NCBI GenBank assembly: GCA_024642265.1
Contig: JAHEBL010000007.1
Span: 5,640 to 69,639, forward strand
Reading direction: 5' to 3'
Length of the DNA stretch: 64,000 nucleotides
DNA from: Haliea sp.
Lineage (GTDB): Bacteria > Pseudomonadota > Gammaproteobacteria > Pseudomonadales > Halieaceae
Positions within the stretch are counted from its first letter, which is position 1; the number at the start of each line of letters is the position of its first letter. Below, piece after piece: positions 9,222 through 19,215 of the stretch. The notes below the pieces were generated by a model, which worked only from the letters and a program-made list of their open reading frames with translations, did not search any database and was not told the DNA's origin. The translations under genes were made by a program, and so were the position numbers.

Positions 9222-9641
9222 ATGCGTTTATTCATCGTCCTCCTGCCCTGGCTGGAGCTTTTTACCCTGATCGAACTCGGTATCAACACCAGCGCGCTGG
9301 CGGCGCTCGCCTACGTGCTGTTTACCCTGCTGCTGGGCATGGCAATCCTGCAGCGCCAGGGGCAGGGCATGTTTGAACGCCTGCGCCAGAGCCAGCAGGG
9401 CCGGCTGGTCGGGCCGCAACTGCTGCTGGACGATATGTACCTTGGTCTGGCGGGTATCCTGTTGATGATCCCCGGTCTCATTTCCGACTTTGCCGCGCTC
9501 ATTGTGGTGATCGGACCCCTGCGACGACGCCTGGCGGGCTGGCTACTCGGCCCCCAGCCGGAGCCTTATGCCCCGGAACGCGACCCGGAAGGCCACGTCA
9601 CCATCGAGGGGCAATATCGTCGGGTAGACGAAGAGAAATAG
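9222..9641 (+). CDS. fxsA: FxsA family inner-membrane protein
   Basis: MRLFIVLLPWLELFTLIELG... N-terminus and overall size and hydrophobicity typical of FxsA. A GGAGGGAG ribosome-binding site lies upstream. Confidence 0.8.
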   Translation: MRLFIVLLPWLELFTLIELGINTSALAALAYVLFTLLLGMAILQRQGQGMFERLRQSQQGRLVGPQLLLDDMYLGLAGILLMIPGLISDFAALIVVIGPLRRRLAGWLLGPQPEPYAPERDPEGHVTIEGQYRRVDEEK

Positions 9642-9709
9642 TTCCAGGTACCTGATTAATAAGTAAAAATAGAGAAATTCCCGCGGCTGCCGTGCGGCGG
9701 CTGCAACGC

Positions 9710-9737
9710 TTGACTCCCGTTACTTCGCGACTAGAAT
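9710..9737 (+). promoter_or_regulatory. Sigma70-type promoter of groESL (TTGACT-N16-TAGAAT)
   Basis: TTGACT at 9710-9715 and TAGAAT at 9732-9737. The -10 element abuts the CIRCE operator. Confidence 0.55.
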
Positions 9738-9763
9738 TAGCACTCTCTTGAAAAGAGTGCTAA
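9737..9763. promoter_or_regulatory. CIRCE operator (HrcA binding site), perfect consensus
   Basis: TTAGCACTC (9737-9745), 9 nt, then GAGTGCTAA (9755-9763). This is identical to the CIRCE consensus TTAGCACTC-N9-GAGTGCTAA and lies 90 nt upstream of groES. Confidence 0.9.
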
Positions 9764-9769
9764 TTGGGG

Positions 9770-9797
9770 CTTGAAAAGCCGTCAGGCGCCCCAATAG
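9770..9797 (+). promoter_or_regulatory. Candidate sigma32-type promoter of groESL
   Basis: CTTGAAA (9770-9776), 12-13 nt, then CCCCAATAG (9789-9797), downstream of CIRCE. Confidence 0.5.
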
Positions 9798-9852
9798 TTG
9801 AGGCTAGTCCCGCAAGGGTATCCATAAAATTGTTGCTAGGAGAGTATTACAG

Positions 9853-10143
9853 ATGAAAATCCGTCCGCTGTACGACCGTGTCGTCGTTCGTCGCAAGGAA
9901 GAGGAACAAACTACTGCTGGCGGTATCCTGCTGCCCGGCTCCGCCAAAGAGAAGCCCAACCAGGGTGAGATTGTGGCGGTCGGCGAAGGCAAGATACTGG
10001 AAGATGGCAGCGTGCGCCCCCTGGCTGTGAAAGTGGGTGACACCGTCGTTTTTGGCCAGTACGCCGGCAGCAACACCATCGAAGTCGATGGCGAAGAACT
10101 GATCATTATGGGCGAGGGCGAAATATTCGCCGTTGTCGAGTAA
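9853..10143 (+). CDS. groES: Co-chaperonin GroES
   Basis: [44 protein letters not shown]... is a full-length Cpn10. Confidence 0.98.
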   Translation: MKIRPLYDRVVVRRKEEEQTTAGGILLPGSAKEKPNQGEIVAVGEGKILEDGSVRPLAVKVGDTVVFGQYAGSNTIEVDGEELIIMGEGEIFAVVE

Positions 10144-10193
10144 GCGTGTACCCGCGTTTCAACAAATTTGAACTGGTAATTTAAAGGAATTAG

Positions 10194-11852
<1,659 letters not shown>

Positions 11853-11868
11853 GCCACCCGGCCAATCC

Positions 11869-11902
11869 AAAAAAAACCCGGCTTGAACGCCGGGTTTTTT
11901 TT
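11869..11902. terminator. Bidirectional rho-independent terminator between the convergent groEL and sodB genes
   Basis: AACCCGGC (11875-11882), loop TTGAAC, GCCGGGTT (11889-11896), flanked by an A-run upstream and a T-run downstream. Confidence 0.85.
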
Positions 11903-11919
11903 GTCCGCGGTTCCAGGTA

Positions 11920-12501
11920 TCAGCTGAAATTGGCGTTGACGAAATCCCAGTTCACCAGAGCCCAGAAAGCATCCATATATTTTGGCCGCGCGTTCCGGTA
12001 GTCGATGTAGTAGGCGTGCTCCCACACATCAACGGTGAGCAGCGGGACAACTGCTTTGTCGGTCAGCGGCGTGGCTGCGTTGCTGGTGTTGACGATCGCC
12101 ACGCTGCCATCTGCACGCTTGACGAGCCAGGTCCAGCCGGAGCCAAAATTGTTGATGGCGCTGTTGGTGAACTGTTCCTTGAACGCGCCGAATGAGCCGA
12201 AGGCCGCGTCGATGGCCGCGGCGACGGCGCCGCTCGCTGCGCCACCGCCATCGGGGCTGAGGCAGTTCCAGTAAAAGGTGTGGTTCCAGATTTGCGCGGC
12301 GTTATTGAAGACGCCGCCCTCGGATGACTTGACCACTTCTTCCAGCGTCTTGCCCGCAATGTCCGTGCCTTCGGCAAGCCCGTTCAGTTTGTCAACATAG
12401 GTTTTGTGATGCTTGCCGTAGTGAAACTCCAGGGTCTCGGCTGAAATATGGGGTTCAAGTGCGTCCTGCGCATAGGGCAGGGCAGGTAATTCAAAGGCCA
12501 T
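11920..12501 (-). CDS. sodB: Fe-type superoxide dismutase
   Basis: MAFELPALPYAQDALEPHISAETLEFHYGKHH..., FNNAAQIWNHTFYW and DVWEHAYYIDYRN. I chose the ATG at 12501, which has an AGGA site upstream, over the ORF-track start at 12597. Confidence 0.95.
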   Translation of the reverse strand: MAFELPALPYAQDALEPHISAETLEFHYGKHHKTYVDKLNGLAEGTDIAGKTLEEVVKSSEGGVFNNAAQIWNHTFYWNCLSPDGGGAASGAVAAAIDAAFGSFGAFKEQFTNSAINNFGSGWTWLVKRADGSVAIVNTSNAATPLTDKAVVPLLTVDVWEHAYYIDYRNARPKYMDAFWALVNWDFVNANFS

Positions 12502-12655
12502 TGAAGGAATCCTCGCTATCGAATGGATGGGTGAACAGGAAGTGTTTCCACAAAGCCCGCTGTGTCGCAAGCGGGGGGCGGAAAATCCGCATACCAAGCG
12601 GCAGGCCAGAGTGTATACTAGGGCGGCAGTTCAAACAAAATAACGGGAGTAACAG

Positions 12656-13279
12656 GTGATGGTTCTAGAATTTCTTTTCAGATGGGCACACGTATTGTTC
12701 GGGATAACCTGGATAGGCCTGCTGTATTACTTCAACTTCGTCCAGGGCGAGTACTTCAAGGAAGCCGAAGCGGACGCCAAGGCGGACGCCATGAAAAAAC
12801 TGGCGCCGCGAGCACTGTGGTGGTTCCGCTGGGGCGCGATGTTCACCTTCCTGACCGGCCTCGTCCTGCTGCACTTTATCGGTGCGGACCGGGATATCGC
12901 AGGGCAGCCCGTTATCTGGGTCGGCGCCGTGGCCGGTATCCTCATGTTCCTCAATGTGTGGTTGATTATCTGGCCCAACCAGAAGGTTGTGCTGGGCATG
13001 AAGGAAGGAGACAAGCCGTCGTCCGCGGCGAAGGCCGGTCTTGCATCCCGCACCAATACCCTGCTGTCCGCTCCCATGCTGTTCGGCATGCTGGCATCCA
13101 AGCACCTCTATATCGAGGACGCCGGTGGCACGGGCTTCTACGCCTGCATCGCCATTATTCTGCTGCTGGAAGCCAATGCACTATTCGGCAAGACCGGCCC
13201 GATGACCAGTGTCAAGGGTGTCATCCACTGCAGCATAGCCCTCACCGCGGTGCTGTGGGCGCTGCTCGAGTTCCTGTAA
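12656..13279 (+). CDS. Inner-membrane protein of unknown function; tentatively resembles the 'urate oxidase N-terminal'/PuuD-type membrane domain
   Basis: Four to five hydrophobic helices and the N-terminal segment FRWAHVLFGITWIGLLYYFNFVQ. Start is GTG 12656 or ATG 12659, with GGGAG upstream. Confidence 0.6.
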   Translation: MMVLEFLFRWAHVLFGITWIGLLYYFNFVQGEYFKEAEADAKADAMKKLAPRALWWFRWGAMFTFLTGLVLLHFIGADRDIAGQPVIWVGAVAGILMFLNVWLIIWPNQKVVLGMKEGDKPSSAAKAGLASRTNTLLSAPMLFGMLASKHLYIEDAGGTGFYACIAIILLLEANALFGKTGPMTSVKGVIHCSIALTAVLWALLEFL

Positions 13280-13298
13280 ATCCAGGCAGTGCATGAGC

Positions 13299-13326
13299 AA
13301 AACCGGGCTTTGCCCGGTTTTTTTTG
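13299..13326 (+). terminator. Rho-independent terminator
   Basis: AAAACCGGGC, loop TTT, GCCCGGTTTT, followed by a T-run, 20 nt after the stop at 13279. Confidence 0.8.
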
Positions 13327-13580
13327 GTTTACTTTTTTTGTGAGCTTGCTGTTCCAATGTCGGCAGGCGTCCGGGTATGTCCTGGCTCCATCGCCGCACC
13401 CCTCCGCCGCGAATGGAACACTACAACGCCTTTGAATGAGCGATGAATTCCCTGGCGCCAATAGACAATCTGTTCTCGCAGCTATCTGGAAACCGGGCAG
13501 AAACCGTGACCGGATGTCCTTTCTGGTGTCACAGGCGCTATGTATAATCAGCGCCACTGGCTGTAACAGGTGTACAACTC

Positions 13581-14357
13581 ATGTCCAATGACGATCTCGA
13601 ACATATTCCCTCGATAGTACCGACCCGCGACGGGATACCCGGGGCGGGTTCTGCCCGGCCACGGCCGGGCAAGGCCAGCAGCCCCCCGCGCGGCGGTGCA
13701 CCAAAGACCCCGGCGGCGCGCGGCGCAGGTGCGGGGCCGTTGGCGCGGATAATGATCACGCTCTCCCTGGTGGTGGCTGCCGTGGCCTGCGCCTGGGCCT
13801 GGCAGTTGCAGCAGGCCCTGCAGGAATCGAATATCCGGGCCGAGGATTACGCCAAGCGCATCGGCGACCTGGAAGCGAGGCTGTCAGACACTGACCAGGG
13901 GATGAACCAGAACGCTGAACTGCAGGCCGCCAAGATCCGCGAACTGGATACCGAGGTGCGCAAACTGTGGGATAACGTCTGGAAGCAGGCCAGCGAGCGG
14001 CTCGCCCAGCTGGAGAAGGATGCGGGCAGCCAGGGCAAGAAGATCGATGCAGCGGCAAGCGGCCTGGCCACGGCCCAGGGGCAGCTCAAGAGCGCCAGCG
14101 CGGATATCGCCAAACTCAAGGCTGTGGCGGGTGACCTCGAGCGCATTATCGCCAGCGGCAAGGCCAACCAGGCCGAGGTGGAGCGTGTGGCGGACAGCAT
14201 CAACCGGGTCAACCTGGACCTGGCCAAGCTGAACAAGCGGGTGCAGGGCAATGAAGAGTGGATTCAGTCCATCAACACCTTCCGCAAGCAGGTGAATGCC
14301 AGCCTGGTTGAGTTGAAGGCCGCACTGCGCGCCCAGTCCGGTCCCGCTCCAGGCTGA
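13581..14357 (+). CDS. Hypothetical membrane-anchored coiled-coil protein
   Basis: Pro/Gly/Arg/Ala-rich N-terminal ~50 aa, one TM helix (MITLSLVVAAVACAWAW), then ~180 aa of heptad-like Ala/Gln/Lys/Glu-rich sequence. No domain recognised. Confidence 0.6.
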   Translation: MSNDDLEHIPSIVPTRDGIPGAGSARPRPGKASSPPRGGAPKTPAARGAGAGPLARIMITLSLVVAAVACAWAWQLQQALQESNIRAEDYAKRIGDLEARLSDTDQGMNQNAELQAAKIRELDTEVRKLWDNVWKQASERLAQLEKDAGSQGKKIDAAASGLATAQGQLKSASADIAKLKAVAGDLERIIASGKANQAEVERVADSINRVNLDLAKLNKRVQGNEEWIQSINTFRKQVNASLVELKAALRAQSGPAPG

Positions 14358-14476
14358 AGGCCAGACATGGCTGCGCGGCTCGTTTCACGGGCTGTAGAGT
14401 CATTCCCCGGGGTGTATACTGGCGCTCCTTTTTTCACCCCGGCATTTGTTATCCCCTTTCCGATAAGGATTTCATC

Positions 14477-16000
14477 ATGACTATTATTCGCCAGGACGAC
14501 TTCATCGACAGCGTCGCCGATGCGCTGCAGTTCATCTCCTACTACCACCCCGTGGATTTCGTAAAAGCTGTGCACGAGGCCTACCTGCGGGAGCAGAATC
14601 CTGCCGCGAAGGATGCGATGGGACAGATCCTGATCAACTCCCGTATGTGCGCCGAAGGCCACCGCCCGATATGCCAGGACACGGGCATTGTCACGGTGTT
14701 CCTGAAAATTGGCATGAACGTGCATTGGGATGCCACGATGTCAGTCTCCGATATGGTCAACGAAGGTGTGCGCAGAGCCTACACCCATCCGGATAACGTG
14801 CTGCGCGCCTCGATCCTGGACGATCCCGCGGGAGCCCGTCGCAATACGAAGGACAATACCCCCGCGGTGATTCACATGGAGGTGGTGGCAGGCGACACTG
14901 TCGACGTGCAGGTGGCGGCCAAGGGCGGCGGCTCGGAAAACAAGTCAAAACTGGTCATGCTCAATCCCTCCGACAGCATTGTCGACTGGGTGGTGAAGAC
15001 CATACCGACCATGGGTGCGGGCTGGTGCCCCCCCGGCATGCTGGGAATTGGCATTGGCGGCACAGCTGAAAAGGCCGCGGTAATGGCCAAGGAGGCGCTC
15101 ATGGATCCCATCGACATCCACGAGCTGCGCGAGCGCGGGCCCGCCAACCGGGTGGAGGAGCTGCGCCTGGAAATCATGGAGGCGGTTAACAAGCTGGGTA
15201 TAGGGGCGCAGGGTCTTGGCGGCCTGACCACCGTTATGGATGTGAAGATCCGCGACTACCCCACCCACGCCGCCTCGCTGCCGGTTGCGATGATTCCCAA
15301 TTGCGCGGCTACGCGGCATGCCCATTTTGTGCTGGACGGATCCGGGCCGGCGCTGCAGACGCCCCCGGACATCAATGACTGGCCCGAGATCACCCGCGAG
15401 GTGAGCGAGCAGGTGCGGCGTGTGAACCTCGACACCGTCACCCGCGCGGATGTGGCGCAGTGGCAGCCCGGCGACACGCTACTGCTGTCGGGCAAGATGC
15501 TGACCGGGCGGGATGCCGCCCACAAAAAGATGAAGGAGCTCATCGAAAGCGGGGAGGGCTTGCCCGGGGAAGTCGACCTCAAGGACCGTTTCATCTACTA
15601 CGTGGGGCCGGTGGATCCGGTGCGTGACGAGGTGATGGGGCCGGCCGGTCCCACCACGGCGACGCGCATGGACAAGTTCACCGATTTCATTCTGGAGAAA
15701 ACGGGCTTGCTGGGCATGATCGGCAAGGCCGAGCGGGGCCCTGCGGGTATCGAGGCCATTCGCAAACACAAGGCCGTATATCTGATGGCAGTGGGCGGGG
15801 CCGCTTACCTCGTGTCCAAGGCCATCACCTCCGCACGGGTGGTCGCCTTTCCCGAACTGGGCATGGAGGCCATCTATGAATTCGAGGTGAAGGACATGCC
15901 GGTGACCGTGGCGGTCGATACTGCGGGTATCTCCGTGCACGACACGGGGCCGAAGATCTGGCGCGCAAAAATTGCCGAACAGGCGATTACCGTTGCCTGA
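14477..16000 (+). CDS. fumA: Class I (Fe-S) fumarate hydratase
   Basis: 507 aa. N-terminal FISYYHPVDFVKA...CQDTGIV, a GGGSENKS segment, and a C-terminal beta-subunit-like domain (GKMLTGRDAAHKK...). This is the typical fused alpha/beta class I fumarase. Confidence 0.9.
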   Translation: MTIIRQDDFIDSVADALQFISYYHPVDFVKAVHEAYLREQNPAAKDAMGQILINSRMCAEGHRPICQDTGIVTVFLKIGMNVHWDATMSVSDMVNEGVRRAYTHPDNVLRASILDDPAGARRNTKDNTPAVIHMEVVAGDTVDVQVAAKGGGSENKSKLVMLNPSDSIVDWVVKTIPTMGAGWCPPGMLGIGIGGTAEKAAVMAKEALMDPIDIHELRERGPANRVEELRLEIMEAVNKLGIGAQGLGGLTTVMDVKIRDYPTHAASLPVAMIPNCAATRHAHFVLDGSGPALQTPPDINDWPEITREVSEQVRRVNLDTVTRADVAQWQPGDTLLLSGKMLTGRDAAHKKMKELIESGEGLPGEVDLKDRFIYYVGPVDPVRDEVMGPAGPTTATRMDKFTDFILEKTGLLGMIGKAERGPAGIEAIRKHKAVYLMAVGGAAYLVSKAITSARVVAFPELGMEAIYEFEVKDMPVTVAVDTAGISVHDTGPKIWRAKIAEQAITVA

Positions 16001-17441
16001 TACGTTTTACTGGCACGATTACGAGACCTTTGGCGCGGATCCCTCCCGCGACCGACCGGTGCAGTTCGCGGGGCTGCGCACCGACCTGGACCTGAACCCC
16101 GTGGGCGAGCCCCTGGTGCTGTTCGCCCGCCCTGCCGACGATGTCCTGCCGCAGCCCCAGGCCTGCCTGGTGACGGGTATCAGTCCGCAGCAGGCGCTGG
16201 AGAAGGGTGTGCCGGAGTGCGAGTTTATCAGTCGCATCCACCGCGAACTGGCCGAGCCCGGCACTTGTGGTGTCGGGTACAATTCGCTGCGCTTCGATGA
16301 CGAGGTCACCCGCTACACGCTTTATCGCAACTTCCATGAACCCTACGCCCGGGAATGGCAGAACGGCAACTCCCGCTGGGACATCATCGACCTGGTGCGT
16401 ACAGCCAACGCCCTGCGCCCGGAGGGTATCGAATGGCCACTGCGGGAGGACGGCCTGCCCAGTTTCCGGCTGGAAGAGCTGACCGCCGCGAATGGTATCA
16501 GCCATGAATCCGCCCACGACGCCCTGTCGGATGTGCACGCGACGATAGCCCTTGCCAGGCTGGTGAAGGAACGGCAGCCGCGCCTGTATGACTATGTGCT
16601 CAGGCATCGCGACAAACGCTCTGCACAAGCGTTGCTGGATATTGCGACCATGAAGCCGGTGCTGCACGTGTCGGGGATGTTTGGCGCGCAGCGCCACAAT
16701 ATCGCGCTGATCGTGCCGCTGGCGCTGCACCCGGTGAATCGCAACGAGATCATCTGCTATGACCTGGATGCCGATCCCACTCCGCTTTTTGAGCTGGCCC
16801 CCGGCCAGCTGGGTGACCTGCTGTTCCGGCGCACGGCCGATTTGCCCGAGGGCACCTCTCGGCCCGGGCTGAAGACGGTCCATATCAATCGCTGCCCGGT
16901 GCTGGTGACAGCGAAAATGGCGGATGCGGCCACCGCTGAACGCCTGGGTATCGACGGGCAGCGCTGCCGCAAGCACCTGGCTGCCCTGCGGGCTCACCGC
17001 GGGCGCGACCCGAAAGCCTTTGTCGCCAGTATGCAGGCGATATTTGCCGGGCGCAGTTTCGAGCCGGTGACCGATCCCGACCGCATGCTCTACGGGGGCG
17101 GTTTCTTTTCCGAGCACGACAGGCAGGTGATGACTGACGTCCGCGCCAGCAGCCCTGCAGAATTGGCATCGGCGAGCTTCGCCTTCGAGGATGCGCGCTT
17201 GCCGGAGATGCTGTTTCGCTACCGCGCCAGGAACTATCCCCAGACTCTCTCCCCCGAAGAGCGCGCTCTTTGGGAGGAGTATCGTTTCGCCCGCCTCACC
17301 GAACCCGGTGCCGGCGCCAGTATCTGCATGGAAGAGTTCCAGGCCACAATCGAGGAGTTGCTGGCCTCGGGCACCCTGGGAACGGCGCAGCGGCAGTTGA
17401 TGCTGCAATTGCAGGAGTACGGAGACGGTTTGCTCGCCTGA
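15972..17441 (+). CDS. sbcB: Exodeoxyribonuclease I
   Basis: TFYWHDYETFGADPSRDRPVQFAGLRTD..., GYNSLRFDDEVTR and HDALSDVHATIALA (DEDDh exonuclease motifs). The start is TTG at 15972 or 15993, either of which overlaps the fumA stop. Confidence 0.9.
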   Translation: MPNRRLPLPDTFYWHDYETFGADPSRDRPVQFAGLRTDLDLNPVGEPLVLFARPADDVLPQPQACLVTGISPQQALEKGVPECEFISRIHRELAEPGTCGVGYNSLRFDDEVTRYTLYRNFHEPYAREWQNGNSRWDIIDLVRTANALRPEGIEWPLREDGLPSFRLEELTAANGISHESAHDALSDVHATIALARLVKERQPRLYDYVLRHRDKRSAQALLDIATMKPVLHVSGMFGAQRHNIALIVPLALHPVNRNEIICYDLDADPTPLFELAPGQLGDLLFRRTADLPEGTSRPGLKTVHINRCPVLVTAKMADAATAERLGIDGQRCRKHLAALRAHRGRDPKAFVASMQAIFAGRSFEPVTDPDRMLYGGGFFSEHDRQVMTDVRASSPAELASASFAFEDARLPEMLFRYRARNYPQTLSPEERALWEEYRFARLTEPGAGASICMEEFQATIEELLASGTLGTAQRQLMLQLQEYGDGLLA

Positions 17442-17558
17442 GCGGTGGGCCGGGTTTTCTTCGGTAATACGCACATGGGCAGAAACACGGCCCGCTCGTA
17501 TAATGTGACCCGGTCTCCCAAGACCTGCCTCTAAAATAGTTTCCAGGAGCGAATCCCT

Positions 17559-18572
17559 GTGCAGTTTGCCGGTAGCCATATCCTCTCGGTCCAGCAGTTC
17601 GAACGCGGTGACGTGGAGCGTATTTTTGCCGTTGCCGACCGCATGGGCCCTTACGCCCGTCGTTGCCGCGTCACCAGGGTGCTCGACGGCGCGATCCTTG
17701 GGTCCATGTTTTTCGAGCCCAGCACCCGCACCCGGGTGAGCTTTGGCAGCGCCTTTAACCTGCTCGGAGGCGAGGTCCGCGAAACAACCGGCTTCGAAAA
17801 TTCCGCGATTGCCAAGGGCGAATCGCTTTACGACACTGCACGGGTGCTGAGCGGGTACTCCGATGTTATCGCCATGCGCCACCCGGTGGCGGGGTCGGTA
17901 GCGGAATTTGCCGCGGCCAGCCGTGTACCCGTAATAAACGGTGGGGATGGCAGCAACGAGCATCCCAGCCAGGCACTGCTGGATCTGTACACGATCAAGA
18001 GCGAACTGGTGGGGCGGGGCCGCGGTATCGACCAGCTGCGTATCGCCATGGTGGGGGACCTGCGCTACGGTCGTACCGTGCATTCCCTCAGTAAACTCTT
18101 GTGCCTGTTTGACCGGGTGCAGGTGACACTGGTCTCGCCGGGTGAGTTGCGGATGCCTGGGGAAATCGTCGAGGAAATGCGCCAGGCGGGGATCGATGTC
18201 ATCGAGTCCGATGCGCTGGAGGCGAGCATATCCCATGTGGACATCGTCTATTCGACGCGCATTCAGGAGGAGCGCTTCAGCAGCCAGGCGGAAGCGGATC
18301 TTTACCGGGGCCGGTACCGGCTCAACCAGAGTATTTACACCCACCACTGCGAACCCAACACGGTGATCATGCATCCCCTGCCGCGCGATTCGCGGGATAA
18401 CGCCCGGGAACTGGACGACGACCTGAATGACAATCCCAACCTGGCCATCTTCCGCCAGACCGATAATGGCATGTTGGTGCGGATGGCGCTGTTCGCCCTT
18501 ACCCTGGATGTGGTCGATCAGGTGGACAAGCATGCGCGGGATGTTAACTGGTACACAGCGGGCAGGTTCTGA
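17559..18572 (+). CDS. pyrB: Aspartate carbamoyltransferase catalytic chain (E. coli-like sequence type; no adjacent pyrI)
   Basis: FFEPSTRTRVSF, GDGSNEHPSQALLDLYTI, MVGDLRYGRTVHSL and HPLPR. GTG start with AGGAG upstream. Confidence 0.85.
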   Translation: MQFAGSHILSVQQFERGDVERIFAVADRMGPYARRCRVTRVLDGAILGSMFFEPSTRTRVSFGSAFNLLGGEVRETTGFENSAIAKGESLYDTARVLSGYSDVIAMRHPVAGSVAEFAAASRVPVINGGDGSNEHPSQALLDLYTIKSELVGRGRGIDQLRIAMVGDLRYGRTVHSLSKLLCLFDRVQVTLVSPGELRMPGEIVEEMRQAGIDVIESDALEASISHVDIVYSTRIQEERFSSQAEADLYRGRYRLNQSIYTHHCEPNTVIMHPLPRDSRDNARELDDDLNDNPNLAIFRQTDNGMLVRMALFALTLDVVDQVDKHARDVNWYTAGRF

Positions 18573-19189
18573 TGAGCCCGGAGCTGACCTTCGGCCCACA
18601 GGATGTGCGCATCCTGGAGAGCGCCACGGTGTTTTCCGGCCACTACAGTGTGCGCCGGGTCACCCTGCAGTATCGCTGCTTCGGCGGCGGCTGGAGCAAA
18701 CCACAGGTGCGGGAACTGTTCGAACGGGGTGACGCGGTCGGTGTGCTGCCCTGGGACCCGGTCAGCGATAAGCTGGTACTGATCGAGCAGTTTCGCCCGG
18801 GAGCCATGCGCGCCGGTGACAGCCCCTGGATGCTCGAACTGGTGGCTGGAGTGGTAGAGCCCGGAGAGAGCGACGCCGCGGTGGCACAGCGGGAGGCGAT
18901 GGAAGAGGCGGGCTGCGAGTTGTCGGAGCTGTTTCCCATCGCAACCGTGCTGCCCAGTGCCGGCGCCTGCACAGAGCAGGTGCGCCTGTTCTGCGGCAGG
19001 GTCAGCGAGGCATCCGTCGGCGGCATCCACGGTCTGCAGGAGGAGGGAGAAGACATCCTGGTACACAGCGTGCCACGTGCCGACGCCCTGGCGCTCCTGG
19101 CGGCTGACCGGATCCCCAACGGCCACACCCTGATTGCCCTGCAGTGGCTGCAGATTCACGGTGACGCCCTGCGGGAGCGCTGGAGCTGA
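18572..19189 (+). CDS. nudF: ADP-ribose pyrophosphatase (Nudix hydrolase)
   Basis: Nudix box GVVEPGESDAAVAQREAMEEAGCEL with an N-terminal dimerisation region like NudF. The start overlaps the pyrB stop (TGATG). Confidence 0.8.
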   Translation: MSPELTFGPQDVRILESATVFSGHYSVRRVTLQYRCFGGGWSKPQVRELFERGDAVGVLPWDPVSDKLVLIEQFRPGAMRAGDSPWMLELVAGVVEPGESDAAVAQREAMEEAGCELSELFPIATVLPSAGACTEQVRLFCGRVSEASVGGIHGLQEEGEDILVHSVPRADALALLAADRIPNGHTLIALQWLQIHGDALRERWS

Positions 19190-19215
19190 GGCCTCGCGCC
19201 CGGCCCCCTCCCAGC

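Noticed and set aside
9683-9704. Direct repeat GCGGCTGC...GCGGCTGC downstream of fxsA, considered as a terminator or repeat element.
   Set aside because: The two copies are direct, not inverted, so no hairpin forms. An 8-mer recurring in GC-rich DNA is not significant.
12502-12597. N-terminal extensions implied by the ORF track. They affect sodB (12597), lspA (24601), pilV (27163), pilW (27546), bamD (43606), pgeF (44239), clpB (45181), ilvI (48623), ilvC (61263) and the RimK-like gene (52639).
   Set aside because: In each case a downstream start coincides with the conserved N-terminus of the family, usually with a ribosome-binding site or a coupling overlap. The extensions run through upstream genes or have non-protein-like composition.
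15987-18599. 870-aa ORF on the minus strand spanning sbcB, the sbcB-pyrB intergenic region and pyrB.
   Set aside because: It is antisense to two genes with unmistakable homology (exonuclease I and ATCase). Its translation is Arg/Gly/His/Pro/Ala-rich and low in complexity, with no recognisable motif. Long open antisense frames are expected in GC-rich DNA.
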